64,000 bases of DNA from assembly GCA_964106645.2 (NCBI GenBank), contig OZ067039.1; one strand, given 5' to 3'. The notes under the pieces were generated by a model that saw only the letters and a program-made list of their open reading frames with translations, searched no databases and was not told the origin of the DNA. Shown piece after piece: positions 47,066 through 61,198 of this stretch. How positions within the stretch are numbered: position 1 is the stretch's first letter; each line of letters opens with the position of its first letter. The stretch is from Podarcis pityusensis (lineage: Eukaryota). The position numbers and the translations under genes are program-made.

Positions 47066-48073
47066 TCTGTTTCTTAGTCCCAATGAGTTAACAGGACTTA
47101 TTTCCAAGTGAACATGACCAAACTGCTGACGCCACAATGGGAGAAAAAGCCAACAGATGTAAAGACCTTTGGGTCAATTTGGCCCAACCTCATATAGTGT
47201 CATTTAGGTATGGCAACCCCATTACTTTTGCTTGCGTCAGACTGTGGCATGCTGGAAGTCTGATTAACTTTAGAGGGGATTGTTCATGTTTCTACAGCTG
47301 GTCTGCATAGCTAAGTAGAACCATGCCATGTTTTGTTCTAGCTCCACATTCATGAACAGGCAAGTGCAAGGCTAACAGTCAAAAGACAGAGCACCACACA
47401 TGGGGTGGTTGTTTTAGATTTTAGTCAGTTTTAGTACACTTAATACAATAAGACTGCTTCTGAAACATATTCATGCATTAATGAGTCTAAAGATAAGTGC
47501 CCAAAGGAAAGGCGTTTCTTGAGAAAACTGCCAATTTTGAGATGAAGGTTATTAGGCAATAACACACAGCTGTTGCACCTCTGGGACGTGAGAGTTCAGC
47601 TGTTCCCTCTTAGAATTAATAAAACAAACCATGAACTACTGACAAACATTTATACTGTTCAGACAAAATGCATCAGGGCCTCTAAAGGAAAATGAAGTGC
47701 CTCTGCTGATCTCAGTAAGGGAAGAGTCACAGCGCAACAGAACCAGATGTAACCATTTAGAGGAGCTTGGGAATGTGCTTGTTTGTGTCTAACTTTTAGG
47801 TACAGAAACCCCGATCTCTGCTTCTACTGCTGCAAACCTCTGAGACCTGTACGTATTATGCAGATTGCTATATATTTTCTTCTCTTAGAAAATATACTCT
47901 GCTAGCCAAGCTGTACCCCTTGAACACTAAAAGGTTTGTTTAATTCCTTCCCTGGGAGTGGAATTTTCCAATGTATTACCTACCGAGTATGGTATTGCTA
48001 TGCTGCTACCAGGACACAGTGGTGGATATTTATTTTAATTGTCCCACTCATTTTAAAATGCCAGTGTAGACTA

Positions 48074-48125
48074 TGGGGAAAGGTCATGGCTCAGTGGTAG
48101 AGCAGAAGGTCTCAGGTTCAATCTT
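48074..48125 (+). mobile_element. tRNA-derived SINE head fragment
   Basis: A box TGGCTCAGTGGTAGAGC and B box GGTTCAATC, with the anticodon region deleted. Confidence 0.55.
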
Positions 48126-50510
48126 CCTGTCTCAAGGGAGAGAGACAGTCAGTGCAGAGAGGGGGTGTAACGTAAGAGTCCTAGCAGTTTACCTTAAAGG
48201 GCTGGATAAAATGTCATGAATGATCAATAGGAGATGTTGTTCCTTCTTGAGGTCAGTAACCCTGGTTCTGGTTTCTCAGTGTGACGCTGACAAACCAAGG
48301 CATTGATTTTGAAGCTTGTTCTGTATAGCACTTACAAATCACCCTATCTTCAACCAGCAGTGGAGGCCATTGCCATCATCTTCAACAAGGCTTTTATTTA
48401 CACACCTAATGTATTTATGCCTTTGACATCAGTGGGATCAAGCTGTTTAAATGCACCCACACAGGCTTTTCAGCATTGCTTATGTCACATCCTGTGCATT
48501 CAGAGCACTTTCCCTGGCAATCCCACTGATGTTACTAAGCCTCTTTCTGAGAACTGGCCTTGAGGACTGTGCCTGTATTTTAACAGCCCAGCAAGTTTTA
48601 GAGACATGCTTCATCAGATTCATTCATTTATAAGATTTCTTACCACCATAGGTTCCCAGGGCGGGTAGCTGCATGGGAGGGAGAGCTGGGGCAAATAAAG
48701 AGGGCTGGGTAAGGATGTCAGAAACTCAAATCTTTCCTTGCTCTTCTATGAAGCTCACTGGGTGTGTGGCTTTGGCAAAATTACTCTCACGCCCAAGGTT
48801 GTTTTCAAACTAGAGTGCTTCTTTGACTTTGCTGGAAGAAAGGTAGGACACAAATACAACAAATACAAGTTAATCCTGTCAGAAAGTCTCCCTGTCATTG
48901 AAAGGACAAAGGGCCAAGCTAGAGACACATAAAAACTTACCCATACAGAGAGCACGGGAAGATTGAATCAGGTGTTCAAGATTGCCGGTTCCCATTGTGC
49001 ATCTGTAATGTTTGGAACCACTAATCCCACGAGTCTCCCCAATGGGTGGAGAGCTCTCACGCCAACACTGTCTATTCCTAGGGGCTGCTGGTGTGGTAAA
49101 ACACTCCACACAATTAAGGAAAGTCACATAATGAGTTGCTCCAGTCACAAAGAGGCTATCTCTGGTACCCTCAAACATGCAGTAGGCATAATGTCTACAG
49201 TAGTCCTCAAGAAACTGGAGGAGATGGAACTACTGTATGAAATTTTTCTACTCCACCAGCCTGTTTTTCCTCTCAGCACTGCACCAGTTCTTCTAAACGA
49301 TGTACAAATTTATTATTCCTCTGCAGCTAACAGAGTGCATCTGTTCATAAATAGCATACTATGTAGTCTAAATTAGCACAGCCAATATATAAACTGCTTT
49401 TATTTGCTTAATTTCAGTTCTTTTTAATCATCTATTCATCTTGCAACTCAAAACGCCACAACAAACTATTAAAACATAAGCAGAGTGATTTGCCATTTAA
49501 TATAAATAAAAGTTAGCTATATGGGGAACTTTATGGAGAAACAAGACTTCTACATTACTAATAGTTTTAGAGATTAAATTACTTACTGTAAGCTGGTCTA
49601 TGTACAGAAAATTATTCAAATTTAGAGCAAAATGCTTCACATTTAGGAAACAAACCAAAGCTAATTTTTTTGCCACATTCAACCCACGTGCTAACTTGCT
49701 TCTCAGAAGCCTATTAGGCAGATGAGCAGAGTCTAATGAGTCCTGACAGTCATGCAGAAAATGGCATCTCTCTACCTTTGAAAAACACACATACACAAAC
49801 TGTATGACAAGACTTTTTGGTAAGCACCACACACACAAAAACAAAACACCCCAAATGCTCAGTAACTGCAGAAATAAAGTTTAAAGAGCAGACAATAAAA
49901 ATGAATCACACACGACAGTACAACACTACAAGATGATCAGGAATGAAGGGGGTTTCAGTCTTTAATATATCAAGAATTAAGCTCGGGGAACAATTCGAGA
50001 AAAAGTGTCTGAGATGCAGATCACTAGCAACTGAGAGTTTGAAAGAACATTAAGTTAAGTTGCTGATTTGTATTAAGAAAAATATATATATGCAGAAACT
50101 TGAAAGGCTTCCACAAACCATTTCTAACCACACACAGAAGCAGGAAGTAAAGGTTTGAAAAGGTTTTTGGGGGGTTTTTCAACCTACCTCTCTTAAGTAT
50201 GTAAAAAAAGGAAGGATGTAAACGTGGCTATATTTGTGTGTCCAAATGTTTACCACACTAAGGAAATCTTTCTGCTGTAAAAGAAACTACAGTATCCCTG
50301 TGTCACACCAAGAGCCATTTCCACTCTTTCTTTAAAAGTTTCACTTCTGGTTTACTTTGTCTGGCTTTAGTTTCTATAGAGGATTCTGGTTGCAAGTTCC
50401 CAGTGACAAAGAACAGTTTTCATACCAGGGATCATTAGGAAAGGAACTGAAAACAAAACCACTCTTCATACAAATCTATGGTGCTTTTAGTTTATTGTGC
50501 TTTTAGTTTA

Positions 50511-50633
50511 TTCTGGTTGCTGCACCTCAAAGAAGACATTGCGGAACTGGAAAAGGACAACCAAAATTATCAGGGGGCTGAAAAAACTTTCCTATGAGGA
50601 AATGTTGTAATATTTGAGGGGGATTAGTTTAGA
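50511..50633 (+). mobile_element. CR1 ORF2 3' fragment
   Basis: Translates as FWLLHLKEDIAELEK...TKIIRGLKKLSYEE, a CR1 ORF2 C-terminal motif. Confidence 0.7.
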
Positions 50634-52039
50634 ACAGCAATGGGGAACCTCCAACCCACAGCCTTAATTCCAGGGTCCTAATTCCCTACGCCCATCTTCC
50701 CTGTATGCAACGTCAGGTAGGATGTGTGCAGGCAAGAGAAAATTTGTAACCTGACATCACAATGACATCAGGTGGGTGGCTACTTCAATTTTAGAAAAAG
50801 AATAGAGGTTACAATCCTAAAGCCGTTTACCTGAGGGTAAGCCTCAATGAAAACCAGTGCTGGATTACCAAAAAGGCAGAGTAGGCACCGGCCCCACGCC
50901 TTTCTAGAGGCACTGCAACAACGGATCAAAATAGTATTGATTTGATCTTGAAAGAAAATTACAATCAAACTTTCTTAGTTCAGTGTTATCCAACTAGAGC
51001 ACACGCATGAGAAACCTCCAGATACAAACCTTTCTGTGTGTGTCGCGAGTTCCCACCAACTCCAGATCCTAGTAGAATATTCGCAAGTAGCCAAGTAGAA
51101 GCTTTGAGATAATTTGCGAGCCCCCCCCCCCCGAGATTTGAACTGCCTAGGGTCGGTCCTCCACAGGGTTTAATCCAGCACTCATGAAAACAACAGGACT
51201 TACTTCTGAACAAACATTTGCAGGATTGCACTGTTAAGAACTGCTGCTCTGTCCTCAAGCCAAGCAGAATGAGAGCACCAGCCACCTTATCCTCTCATCT
51301 AATACCTATCTTTATGACTGGCTACACCACACCATCATTAGCTGAAGGTGGAGGAGTTCAGAGTTCACAAAACCATCACCTGCCCATCAGGAAATAACAT
51401 CTCTGTCATTGTTTAAAATGGAGTGAAAACTTTCATTTGGAAAATTATGGCCTGAGTTATCAGTACACAAAAACCTAATCAAAGTGTCCTTGAAGGATCA
51501 AAAGCTCCGATAAGCATTTACAAGGACAGATGATACATCAAGCAGAAGATAAGTGGGAGATCCTGGCAGGCTCTGCAAGAGGCACAGGAAAACATAAGGA
51601 ACAGAATATACTTCAGAGGCTAAGAAATGTTCTAGTAACATACTTCACTTACGTCATCCCCCAAATGCTGCTAATATCCTCAGCAAAAAATTCTCTTATT
51701 AAGGAATGCACAGCTTACAGTCAAATGTATACAGGGCTTAAAATACCAGAGCTAAGGAACAATTGGTCCCACTGGCTCCACACCACTGGGAGGACTTAGT
51801 TGTGTGCCTACAGCAGGGAGGGAGTGTAAGGATAGAATGTTCCCCAGTGTATTGACCACTACTACTGAATGCAGGTCTCAAAGGCTCCTTTGCCTTCCAT
51901 AAAACTGATCTATCTTCTCTTTCACCTTTTCTGCAGCATTTGTGTGCTCTTCTCAGTGGAAGAATGGGTATTTTTCATAAAAAAACAACAACTGCTGCAC
52001 TCTGCAGGAGAGTCCTCCTGCAGATACCATCCTATCAGT

Positions 52040-52310
52040 AGTTGCATTCTGTTGGATAGGAGAACTGGGCTTGTGGTGGCACCTGCCCCTTAGAACTCCT
52101 TCCCATTACACATCAGACAGGTGCTGTTGCTATTGTGCTTCTGGGGTTTTCAACAAGCCTTTTACATGGAGATATTTCTCCCAGGTTAAATCTGTAGTGG
52201 GTTTGAAAATGGTTTTACATATTAAATTGTTTTATGCATGGAATGGTTTTTAATCGTTTTTACATATGAGTTTGTTTTTTGCATATGGAATTGTTTTAAA
52301 TTGTTTCATT
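52040..52310 (+). mobile_element. Decayed L2-like 3' region with degenerate T-rich tail
   Basis: TGGTGGCACCTGCCCCTTAGAACTCCTTCCC...CAAGCCTTT followed by repeated TTGTTTTA-like units. Confidence 0.4.
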
Positions 52311-55093
52311 CCTGATGTTCTTGCTGGGAAATCACTTTTAGACATTTTACAGGCATCAAATAAATAGACAAAAGTGAGCTAGAGGGATTAATGGCCTCTG
52401 ACTCAATATAGGGGACGCTTCGTAGGCTAAATTCACCTTTCTTAGAAAATATGTACTTTCCCCACACTCAGCTGCCCCAAATATGAGACAGTATACAAGC
52501 AATAGCTTTGGTGCCTGTTGCTTTGCACTGTATAAACATGCACCTAAGCAAGCATGTGAAATAGGAATCTCAAACAAGAGGCATACAAAAATCCTGTGAC
52601 TACCTCCTAGCTCCAGTTCCAGAAGGTATAGGCTGATCCCATAATTCATGAGGCAGTGATGGGGGCGGAGAGGAGGAGAGATTGTGCAAGGAAGCCAACG
52701 GAGAGCATAGTAATTTGGTACATGCTTTATTCAAAGGACAAAATCTTTAAAAGTGAGCTCTTGATTAGCTTTTTTCTTCTTCATCAAATGCAGAGGTGCT
52801 TATACTCTTTCTTATTGAGCCAGAACACCCAGAATCTACATCTATGCACAGGTATGCTGAGGAAATTACATTTTTCTAGAGGTTTTGTACATTAGTTGAA
52901 ACCTCCCCTCATTACCACCACTACAAGTCTTGTCACATTGTGCAATAACACAAAATACCAGAAGTGCAACGCAGTGTGAGGACAATTATCCTCAATTATG
53001 ATAGTTCTACACAGAGAGAGATCTTCTCAGAAGTTCATGAAAATTAATATGCACTTGTTTACTTAAAAATTGCCTACTTTGCAGCTGTCATTCTTTGTTT
53101 GCATGGCCAACTGAACAAAGACTTTGCATATAAAATACATAAATCACTCTCAGAACCCTTAAAAAGTTACTTCCAAAGTTGGATCAGAAGGATGAATCTG
53201 TGCAAGGGAAGGGAAGATAATATGAAAAAGTGCCCGGGGTATAGATGTCCACATGTGTTGAATCAAGACATTTCCAAGTCAAGAGGCAGAAGACCCAATG
53301 AGTCACAACTCAAAAGGGGGGTTACCTTAGTTAAACAGTTAGGGCCTACTGAACTAATGAGGCCTTCTCTTGAACAGAGGTAAACACCACAACAAGAGGC
53401 CAAACACTGACCAAGCAACTGCACATCTTCCCCCCGTTCAGATGACAAGGGAAACAGAGCTGGGTGTAATCTGCATAATGGTGAAACTTCACTCCAAACC
53501 CCTTAACAAATGTTCTCAACAGTTCCTTAGATAAGAAAGTTAGACTAGAAATCTAATAACTAAAGAATAAGAGTTTAATCGGCATTGGGGGGGGGACAGG
53601 CAGCACAACTGCCATGGGGCTAAGCTAAAGTAGCCCATTACTACTTTCTGGTACCAGTCCTGCAGGTAGAAATGGAACAACTATAACAGTGTGCTCCCTA
53701 CTCCCATCCACTGAGATGGTTCAGGAGGATGTTATAATTGATGGTATCAAAAGCTGCCAAGAACTCAAGGAGAATTAAGCAAGCTCAAACTCTCTTTGTC
53801 CTCCCTGATACAGGCCACCAAAGTCATTTCAATGCCAAAACTGGCCTGGAGCCAGACTGAAATGGATCTAGATAATCGGCTTCCTCCAAAGACTCCTGAC
53901 GCTGCACAGACACCACTCTCTTGATAATAACCATTCCCCAAAAGGAAATGTTTGCAACTGGCAGTAGTTGTCACTTGCTTCTGGATCCAGAGAAGGTGTC
54001 TTGAAAAGGGGACACACCACCACTTCCTTTAAAGGCAAATTACAGTTGTCTCTCACAAAAATGGCATTTACAGCTCTTGAGCCTAACCCAGGCAACCCCC
54101 AACCCTTATATGACAGGAAGGTCAGGATTGCATGTGGTAGGCCAAAAAAATTCAAACACCTTGTCCACAGTTATCTAGCTTTAGCTACTGAAATTGATCC
54201 CAAACAACCAGACTTGACATCTCCAGCTGATCCACAATATCTGTGGCATTAAGCTCCAGCAGAACGTGAGGGACTTTTCAAGGTGCCTTGCAAATTAGTC
54301 ACAGCAGGCTTTTGTGCATTCTAGGCTACTCCCCTTAGGGGAAGATCCCACATTCCCACAAGCCCACAAAGCTGTGCTAGAAAGCTACTCAAGTAATAGT
54401 TAAGAAAACTTTCTTCACTGCCCCACAGGTGGCATGATTATGTGTTCAGCTGTTTTCACTGTAATACTTGTGCCACCTGTACTCCAGCAGTCACTTGGCT
54501 TACTCCATCACTCAGAGCCTTCCTGGGGACCACAGAGCCATCCAGGATCCACAATGCTGGAGAGAGCACTCGTGAACAACTGTGCCACTGGCCCTTTTCA
54601 TCTCACTATTCCACAGTGACACCAGGGCTTTGATAGGGGTGCCAGCCATGCCAACTGCCCAATTTCCCAAAGCATTCAGGAATCTTCCTAATTAAAACAA
54701 AACAAAAACCTTCCACGAGAGGATGGTCCTAACTGGTCCTCCACCCCTGCAGGGAGCAATGAGCACCAAGCACCACAAACGTTAAACCTCACCAGGAAAT
54801 GACCAGTCCATGATAACAAGGTAATTAAACACCACCAAACCATCAACCAGCCACCTGCTAGAAAAGACCAGCTTAAGCGTATGTCCTTCCTCATGGATTA
54901 TTTGGCCAGTGATATGTCAACAACCCCATGATTGCAATAGCAGCCAAAAAGTCCCAAGCCAGCTCAGCCAATGGGAATGGGATTCTCTCAGAGTAGATGC
55001 TGAAAATCGTTCAATACAACTGCCCTAGTTTTCCCAAAACCGCCTCAGCCATTCAAACTGCTGGACAGTAGGTTAAAGGTTATTCCATCTCCC

Positions 55094-55098
<5 letters not shown>

Positions 55099-55125
<27 letters not shown>
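55099..55125 (+). repeat. (AC)13 microsatellite
   Basis: Read directly. Confidence 0.95.
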
Positions 55126-58100
55126 TTCTAGTCTTATACCCACTCACAATTTAGCTCCTGCTTTCCTCTCACACCAAAGCCAAACAATAAAGGCGCAACT
55201 CCCCAGTTGCTAGTTCATCAGTGGGGCTATAGGGTAGAAGGGTTTACAGGTAAGGTTGAGGAGCAGGGGCAGTCTCAGGAATGGTCCTCAAGAAGCTTAG
55301 TAAGGCTTTATACAGAAATTTATTGGCTGAGATGTGATATGTGGTATTGGCAAAGACAACAAGTGAGAATACGGTTGCGATTATGGCTGGCAAAGCTGCT
55401 CTGCAGCCTTTCACTTTATAGCAAAATGAGAATGGGATACTGTGAGACATGTGTTCTACAAGTGTGATGTCCCGTCCCCCAACCCATTTGTTTGTTTCTG
55501 TATGCCAGCAAGGGTGAAATGGTAACTCCTTAAACGTTTGCACAGGAAAACTTAAAATAGGTTCCCCTTGTCCATGCCAACTACTGAACTGTGTATTTAT
55601 CTTAGTGTTCCCCATTCTCCACTACACCACTTCACCAAGTTCAAGCCTCTCTGTCCTTACTAATATGGAGCCAACTTTTTGAAGTGTGGTAGTGCCCCTT
55701 TTATTGAAAGATCAAGGGTAACTTTCTGTTCGTCCCCTGTAAATTGAGTAATTGATTAAGATTAGAGTCAGGGCCTTGCGTACAAAACAGACATAAATCA
55801 CAAACTTTAAAAAATGGCCTTGTAACCACACTGTTTAAATATCAGGCAAGGAAGATAAACATGGGTAGAATTACTTCATTGTGCCCTTCTTTCCAGTTTA
55901 AAACCTTGGGTATTTTTTCATTAATCTTTGGCTTGTCAAACTCACATTCAACAGGTACTCAGAGGCAAAGTAAAGCAATTTATATTTTCCAAAAACTGAG
56001 ACACAATGGAAATTATTCTGCCTGGAGATTGTAATAGGATTACGTCCACTGTTACAGCATCTGCATTTCTTGAGAGTAATTCACTTCTTTGGGCCTATGC
56101 TATCGTCTTAGATTTTGTGACGAAACCAATTGTGATCTCATTAGCATTACACATTGCTTTGAAATTAGGCCTTCGTTTTCAGGTTAAGAATAAAATGAGA
56201 AATGGGAGAATATAAGGTTTTTGTGTGGTTCCTTTTGTGACAAATACCAACATAAGAGTCCTTGAAGAGCACCTTAAAGGCTGGCAAATGGATTGTGGCA
56301 CGAGGCTTAACCAGGAGCCAGCTTCATGAGATGCAACAAGTGGACAATGAACAGCTTGTGAGTGGAAGGCTGCCTTCTTGCAGAACATTCCCCGCCAGAG
56401 ATTGCAACACTGCAGCAAGAGGACAACTGCTCAGCAGACTGGCGCTTGCAGAAATAAAATAAAACCACAACTACGTAATCCTGGCAGAAAGAAGCAGAAC
56501 AAAAGCAGTAAATAGATAAATCCAATTATGAAACTAAAGAAGCTGATGCTTTAGACAACACTAAAATGGAAGCATTCTGAATGACCTTTCTACAGTAAGG
56601 TATAGTTTTATCCAGTATATGAACCTGATCTCACACAATCCTGCAAAAAAAGCTTCCTGCAACTGTAATCTGCTAAATTATCATGGTATTGGGGTGGGGA
56701 TTTCTCCTGGGTGGCTGTAACCCATATTCAAGCAGTCTAGGAAAAAGGTCTTGACACAATCAGATTCCATTTAGGAGTCCCAAAAAGAGGAGGAGGAAGT
56801 AATCCGCTCATTCAGAGAACGAATAGGAAGCAAAAGACTATGGGGGGGGTGAGCTGTAAGGATAGATTGAAATTTGACATTGAGTTACATGCCTCTTTCA
56901 GGGAAACCACATGCGAAAGGAGACTGGGCTCCTTCAGTCTTTCATGATTGTAAGACAGACTTCAGCAGGTGAGACTTGCTGAGAAAACAGATCCTGATAA
57001 AACTGCCTCTTTTACACAGCCATGAAAGGTCATAGGTCACTGCCCTCCTCTGCATCTGGTTCACCCCAAAGATGTGTGTCCCCTCAAGGTAAAATTCTCT
57101 GAAAATTAAGGAAGGCATTTGGGGGTGAGGGAAACTGGCAGTGGCAAAATACAGTGTGGGTAATCATCTAAAAATATAAAGGCTGCAAACTCACAAGTGT
57201 TCCATGAATAGTGCCCCCTCTCCTTTTTGCCCTGTCCTATTGGATAACAAATAATAATGAATATTGGGGCAGCTTTTTTTTCATCATGACTCACACCCAT
57301 CACATACCTTGCCACCTTGTGCTCCCAATCATACCAGCCTCTTATTCTAATTATGAATCTGGACTCAGGCAACTAAAACACCAAACAGAGACACAATGGG
57401 AAGTATGGAGCGGAGAGCCCCTTGCCTTTATGGCAATGATGCAACAGGCCCTGCTGACACAGAACTAGTTTAATTCATGAGTGCTGCCAAATAGCAAAAT
57501 GTTCATTTCCATCTTTGATTGGAAACTTTGATTGGAACTGATTTGCAGGCAGATTTTTAGAATACGAACAGGGATGTTATATAATCTTCCAAATGAATCA
57601 TCATCACCAGTCACATTAGGGTTTACATTTTCAAACAAACAAAAAAATGCAGAGACCTAACATTATCTAAGTATTTGAGGACTCTTGATATCAACATTAC
57701 AATGTCAATTTCAGAAAACATTTTTAAATGTATGAATAATCAATGGGCTAGAATAATTTGCATGCTGCGAGAACTTGGGTGTAAAAAGGGAACATCCAAC
57801 CAGTGAGCAAGGCTGTGTACACACTCCTGTATACTCTGCATCCAGCGCACTGCCATGGGTGGTTATTTATTGTGTTGTTTCTTAAGAAACATTGCATTTT
57901 GCTCCAAACCAGCTTCAATCCAAATTGAGAAGCTATGTTTTTAGCTGGTAATAGGCACACAGGCTACAAAACAGACTGAAGACTGAACAACTACGTACAT
58001 TAGAAAGAAAACCATGTATTCAAGGTATTAGCCAACTCATGGCATCTTCTCACACATTTTGTAATCAGGTACCCTTACCATATTAAAAAAAACACAATAC

Positions 58101-61014
58101 CCCACACATGCTACATTCCAGAATCAACTGAGGTGGATTCACATGTGTGTAATTTATTGGTGTTCTTTTCAAAATGCAGTGACACGTTCAGTTCCAAACA
58201 TTTCCCCATAAAGCTGTACGGTTGATTCAGTCTGACGTCTTGAGTCCCCACCACTGCCCCCTCCATTTTCCTGATTGAAGTTAACCACTTTATCCAAACA
58301 AATTAAAGGAATTGTGTATGCTCCTGTCTCCAATAGTTTGCAGCACTCTTCCCTGATTTATACCAGTACGTATCTTATACCATAAAACAAATCTCGAAGT
58401 CCAAACATTAGCTGAGAGGTCAACTAGTACATTTTGCAGTTTGTGCTTGGGACAGCTGCTCAGATTATACCTGCATGCCTTCCCTTTATTCTCTAGAGCT
58501 GTTCAGTACCACCTATCCCACTGACTTTCAAGCTATCCAAAACAGGGCACCTCAAGTACATACGCTCTGCCTATATATTATGGGCCTCCTTTTTGAATGA
58601 GGTTCAGTATAGGGGATTATTCAACAAATGTTTCTCTAACCCACCCCATGCAAACTGGCAAGTATTTCAGCTCCTTCTGGAAATCCAGAACACTCTCTCT
58701 CAGGCTACCTAATAAGGAGATGAGAGGAACAATTAGTCTGAATGAACAAGTCAGAAAATGAGTGCTATCTACTGTCAACCATAGATGATGCCACAAAGGA
58801 CGATGGATGAGGGATGAGGAGGATAACAGATTGGTAGATGGTGTGTGAACTTGCGCCACAAAGAACAGATGGCTAATAAATTATGAGCAATATTGAGCAA
58901 TAACTAAAGATAATATTGGCCATGAAATCAGAAGAGACATATTCTGTGGATTATCCTCAAGATGATTCGGTATGGTCTTGATCAGTTTTAGGTGGATTGC
59001 AAGAAATAGTTGGGAATTCTTTGAAACATTCAATAAATAAAAGAGAAGAAATCTTAAGTACTGAAGTTGTGTTTTGATGCCCAATGTTATGTTATGCACA
59101 TGACCTAATATAGCTGCTTTGAAGTCTAATCAAAGAAAGAAGTGTCTGGATTCTTTTGTTGCAATAGCAATCCCCAAGGAACATTTAACACACACACAAT
59201 ATCTTTAGGATGATATCCTGTTGTCTGGTTATGAAACACAATATAAGTACCATATTTAAGTGGCAAAGCAGAGAAGGTGATAATTAAACGTGCACTAAGA
59301 TAGCTCATTGAGGGGGACCAAAAAGCTTTAAGGAAGAAAAGGTGAAATGAATGTCAAAGGGGAATCTCAGAGCATAGTGAGACAAGATCCACCTGTCAAT
59401 GAAGAGCAAGCAATCAGCTAATTTAGATAAGGGGAAATTAGCTCCAAACCATAAAGGGGTATCATTATCTACAAAGCCACTGAAATATCACAAAATGATA
59501 GGCTGGCATGTTGCTTATAATCCAGCAACGTCAATTCTGACTCTCAGCCAGCTTTTTAAGTCAAAACAAGTCTTACCCATTCATTGCAATGTTGCACACC
59601 AAGTTTATCAGCTGTAGGAAGTACAATGCTGTAAACGATATGTAAGTCATTACAGTGAAATGGCTGAGCCCAAACATATAGCAGACTTCCTTACAATGCA
59701 AGCTTAAACCCATTTTTATTATAATTTAACTATGGCAGCATATTTTATCTATTCCCAGGTGAAAAAGCTATTAAGATGCATTAATATGGTCATCCCACAA
59801 TGGTTTTTCACCACTCTCCCCCCCCCCCCACTAGGGAAAACATCCTAGCCCCATGGGTTTTCCAAAAGGATGGAATGGGAATCATACAGCAGTGAGCTGA
59901 ATCAGCTGTCATATTAAACTAATGTATAGTTTATTGTGATAGGAACAAATGGATAAAGCTTTGGGCTCATGTACTCCGCCTCACTTCTCCTCCAGCTCAG
60001 CCATGAGAAGGCGATTAGAAGTTTTTGTTTTAATCTGTTATTACCTGCCCTTTGTTGTTTCATTCAGACCCAACAAACTGTCCCTAATATTAACAATGGT
60101 TTGCTTAAAATCAGTCAACTTCAAGCATTGGGCTTTGAAGCTGAACAAACCATAATTAAGACCAACAATGAACTCTCATGTTCAGAAACAATGCTACACT
60201 GTGGTTAACCAAAACCACAGGGTTTGTTTTTTTATCTCCTTCTCACAGCCATGCCAGAGGAGGAGAGGGAGCATGTGAGCCTAATGCTCCCTGTGGCTCA
60301 CATCCATCACAATAAATCATGGCCTACTGGGATATCTGAGCTGGTTCAATGTAGGCACCAATCAAGCCAACCTCTCTGCAGGGGGAATGCTAAAGTTATG
60401 GCATCACAACCATCTCTTGGGTTGCCACCCACTTTGCTTCACATGGCGAGATATTTGGAAGAGAGCTTCTGCAGATGATCTCTGTGGAATGACAGGTCAA
60501 TATAAAACAGGAACAAAAATAGATGATTAAGGAATGGCAGTAGCTTCTTTGGAGATCAAAAGAAAGTATAATCTAATATAGAGTTCAATCTTTGGGTGAG
60601 TTATCCTAGCCAAGTCCCAATTTGTTAGTGTGCTATGTAAGGACTGTGGCTCAAGAGATGCATAATACGAGAAGTTTCTTTGGCAAGTGGAAAGGATTAT
60701 ACCTGCAAGCTTTTAGATAAAAGCAATTTTTACCACTACAGAGGGTTAAAAAAAATGTTTAAGTAGCACATTAACTCTTGCATTCAAACCTTTCACAGTG
60801 ATTTCTCAATACATGTATAAAAATGGTATTTCATTAGCCCTGCTGTATTACTCATTCCAGTACTGTGGCAATGTCCTTAACATGTTCAATGTCTGTATCT
60901 TTGCTGTGTTAACTATCAAAATGCTAGCCATGATAACAAAATAAGATGCTTCCTAAAAGCTTTTCTGAATGTTAAGAGCAGAATGGGAATAATAGCTTTA
61001 TAATTTAAGGCTTA

Positions 61015-61198
61015 ACAGTGCAATCCTGTCCACCCATAAGTAAACCCCAGTGAGTTTATTGGTGGCTTACTCCCAAGTAAATTGATAAAGGACTGTGGTT
61101 TAAGACCCAAGATTGAAATCCTATACCCACCTACCTAGGAGTAAGCCATCACTGAAAACTGAGCTTTATATTTAGTAGCAATGTGTAAGACTGCACTG
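61015..61198. mobile_element. Two tandem ~90-bp palindromic MITE copies
   Basis: CAGTGCAATCCTG...AGTAAACCCCAGTGAG...CTTACTCCCAAGTAA...AGGACTG, then GAAATCCTATACCCACCTACCTAGGAGTAAG...AAGACTGCACTG. Confidence 0.65.

Noticed and set aside
55244-55615. ORF starting MGNT as NEURL1B exon 1
   Set aside because: It diverges after four residues from the recalled MGNTVHR start, has no suitable phase-1 donor at the expected position, and has no CpG-island context.
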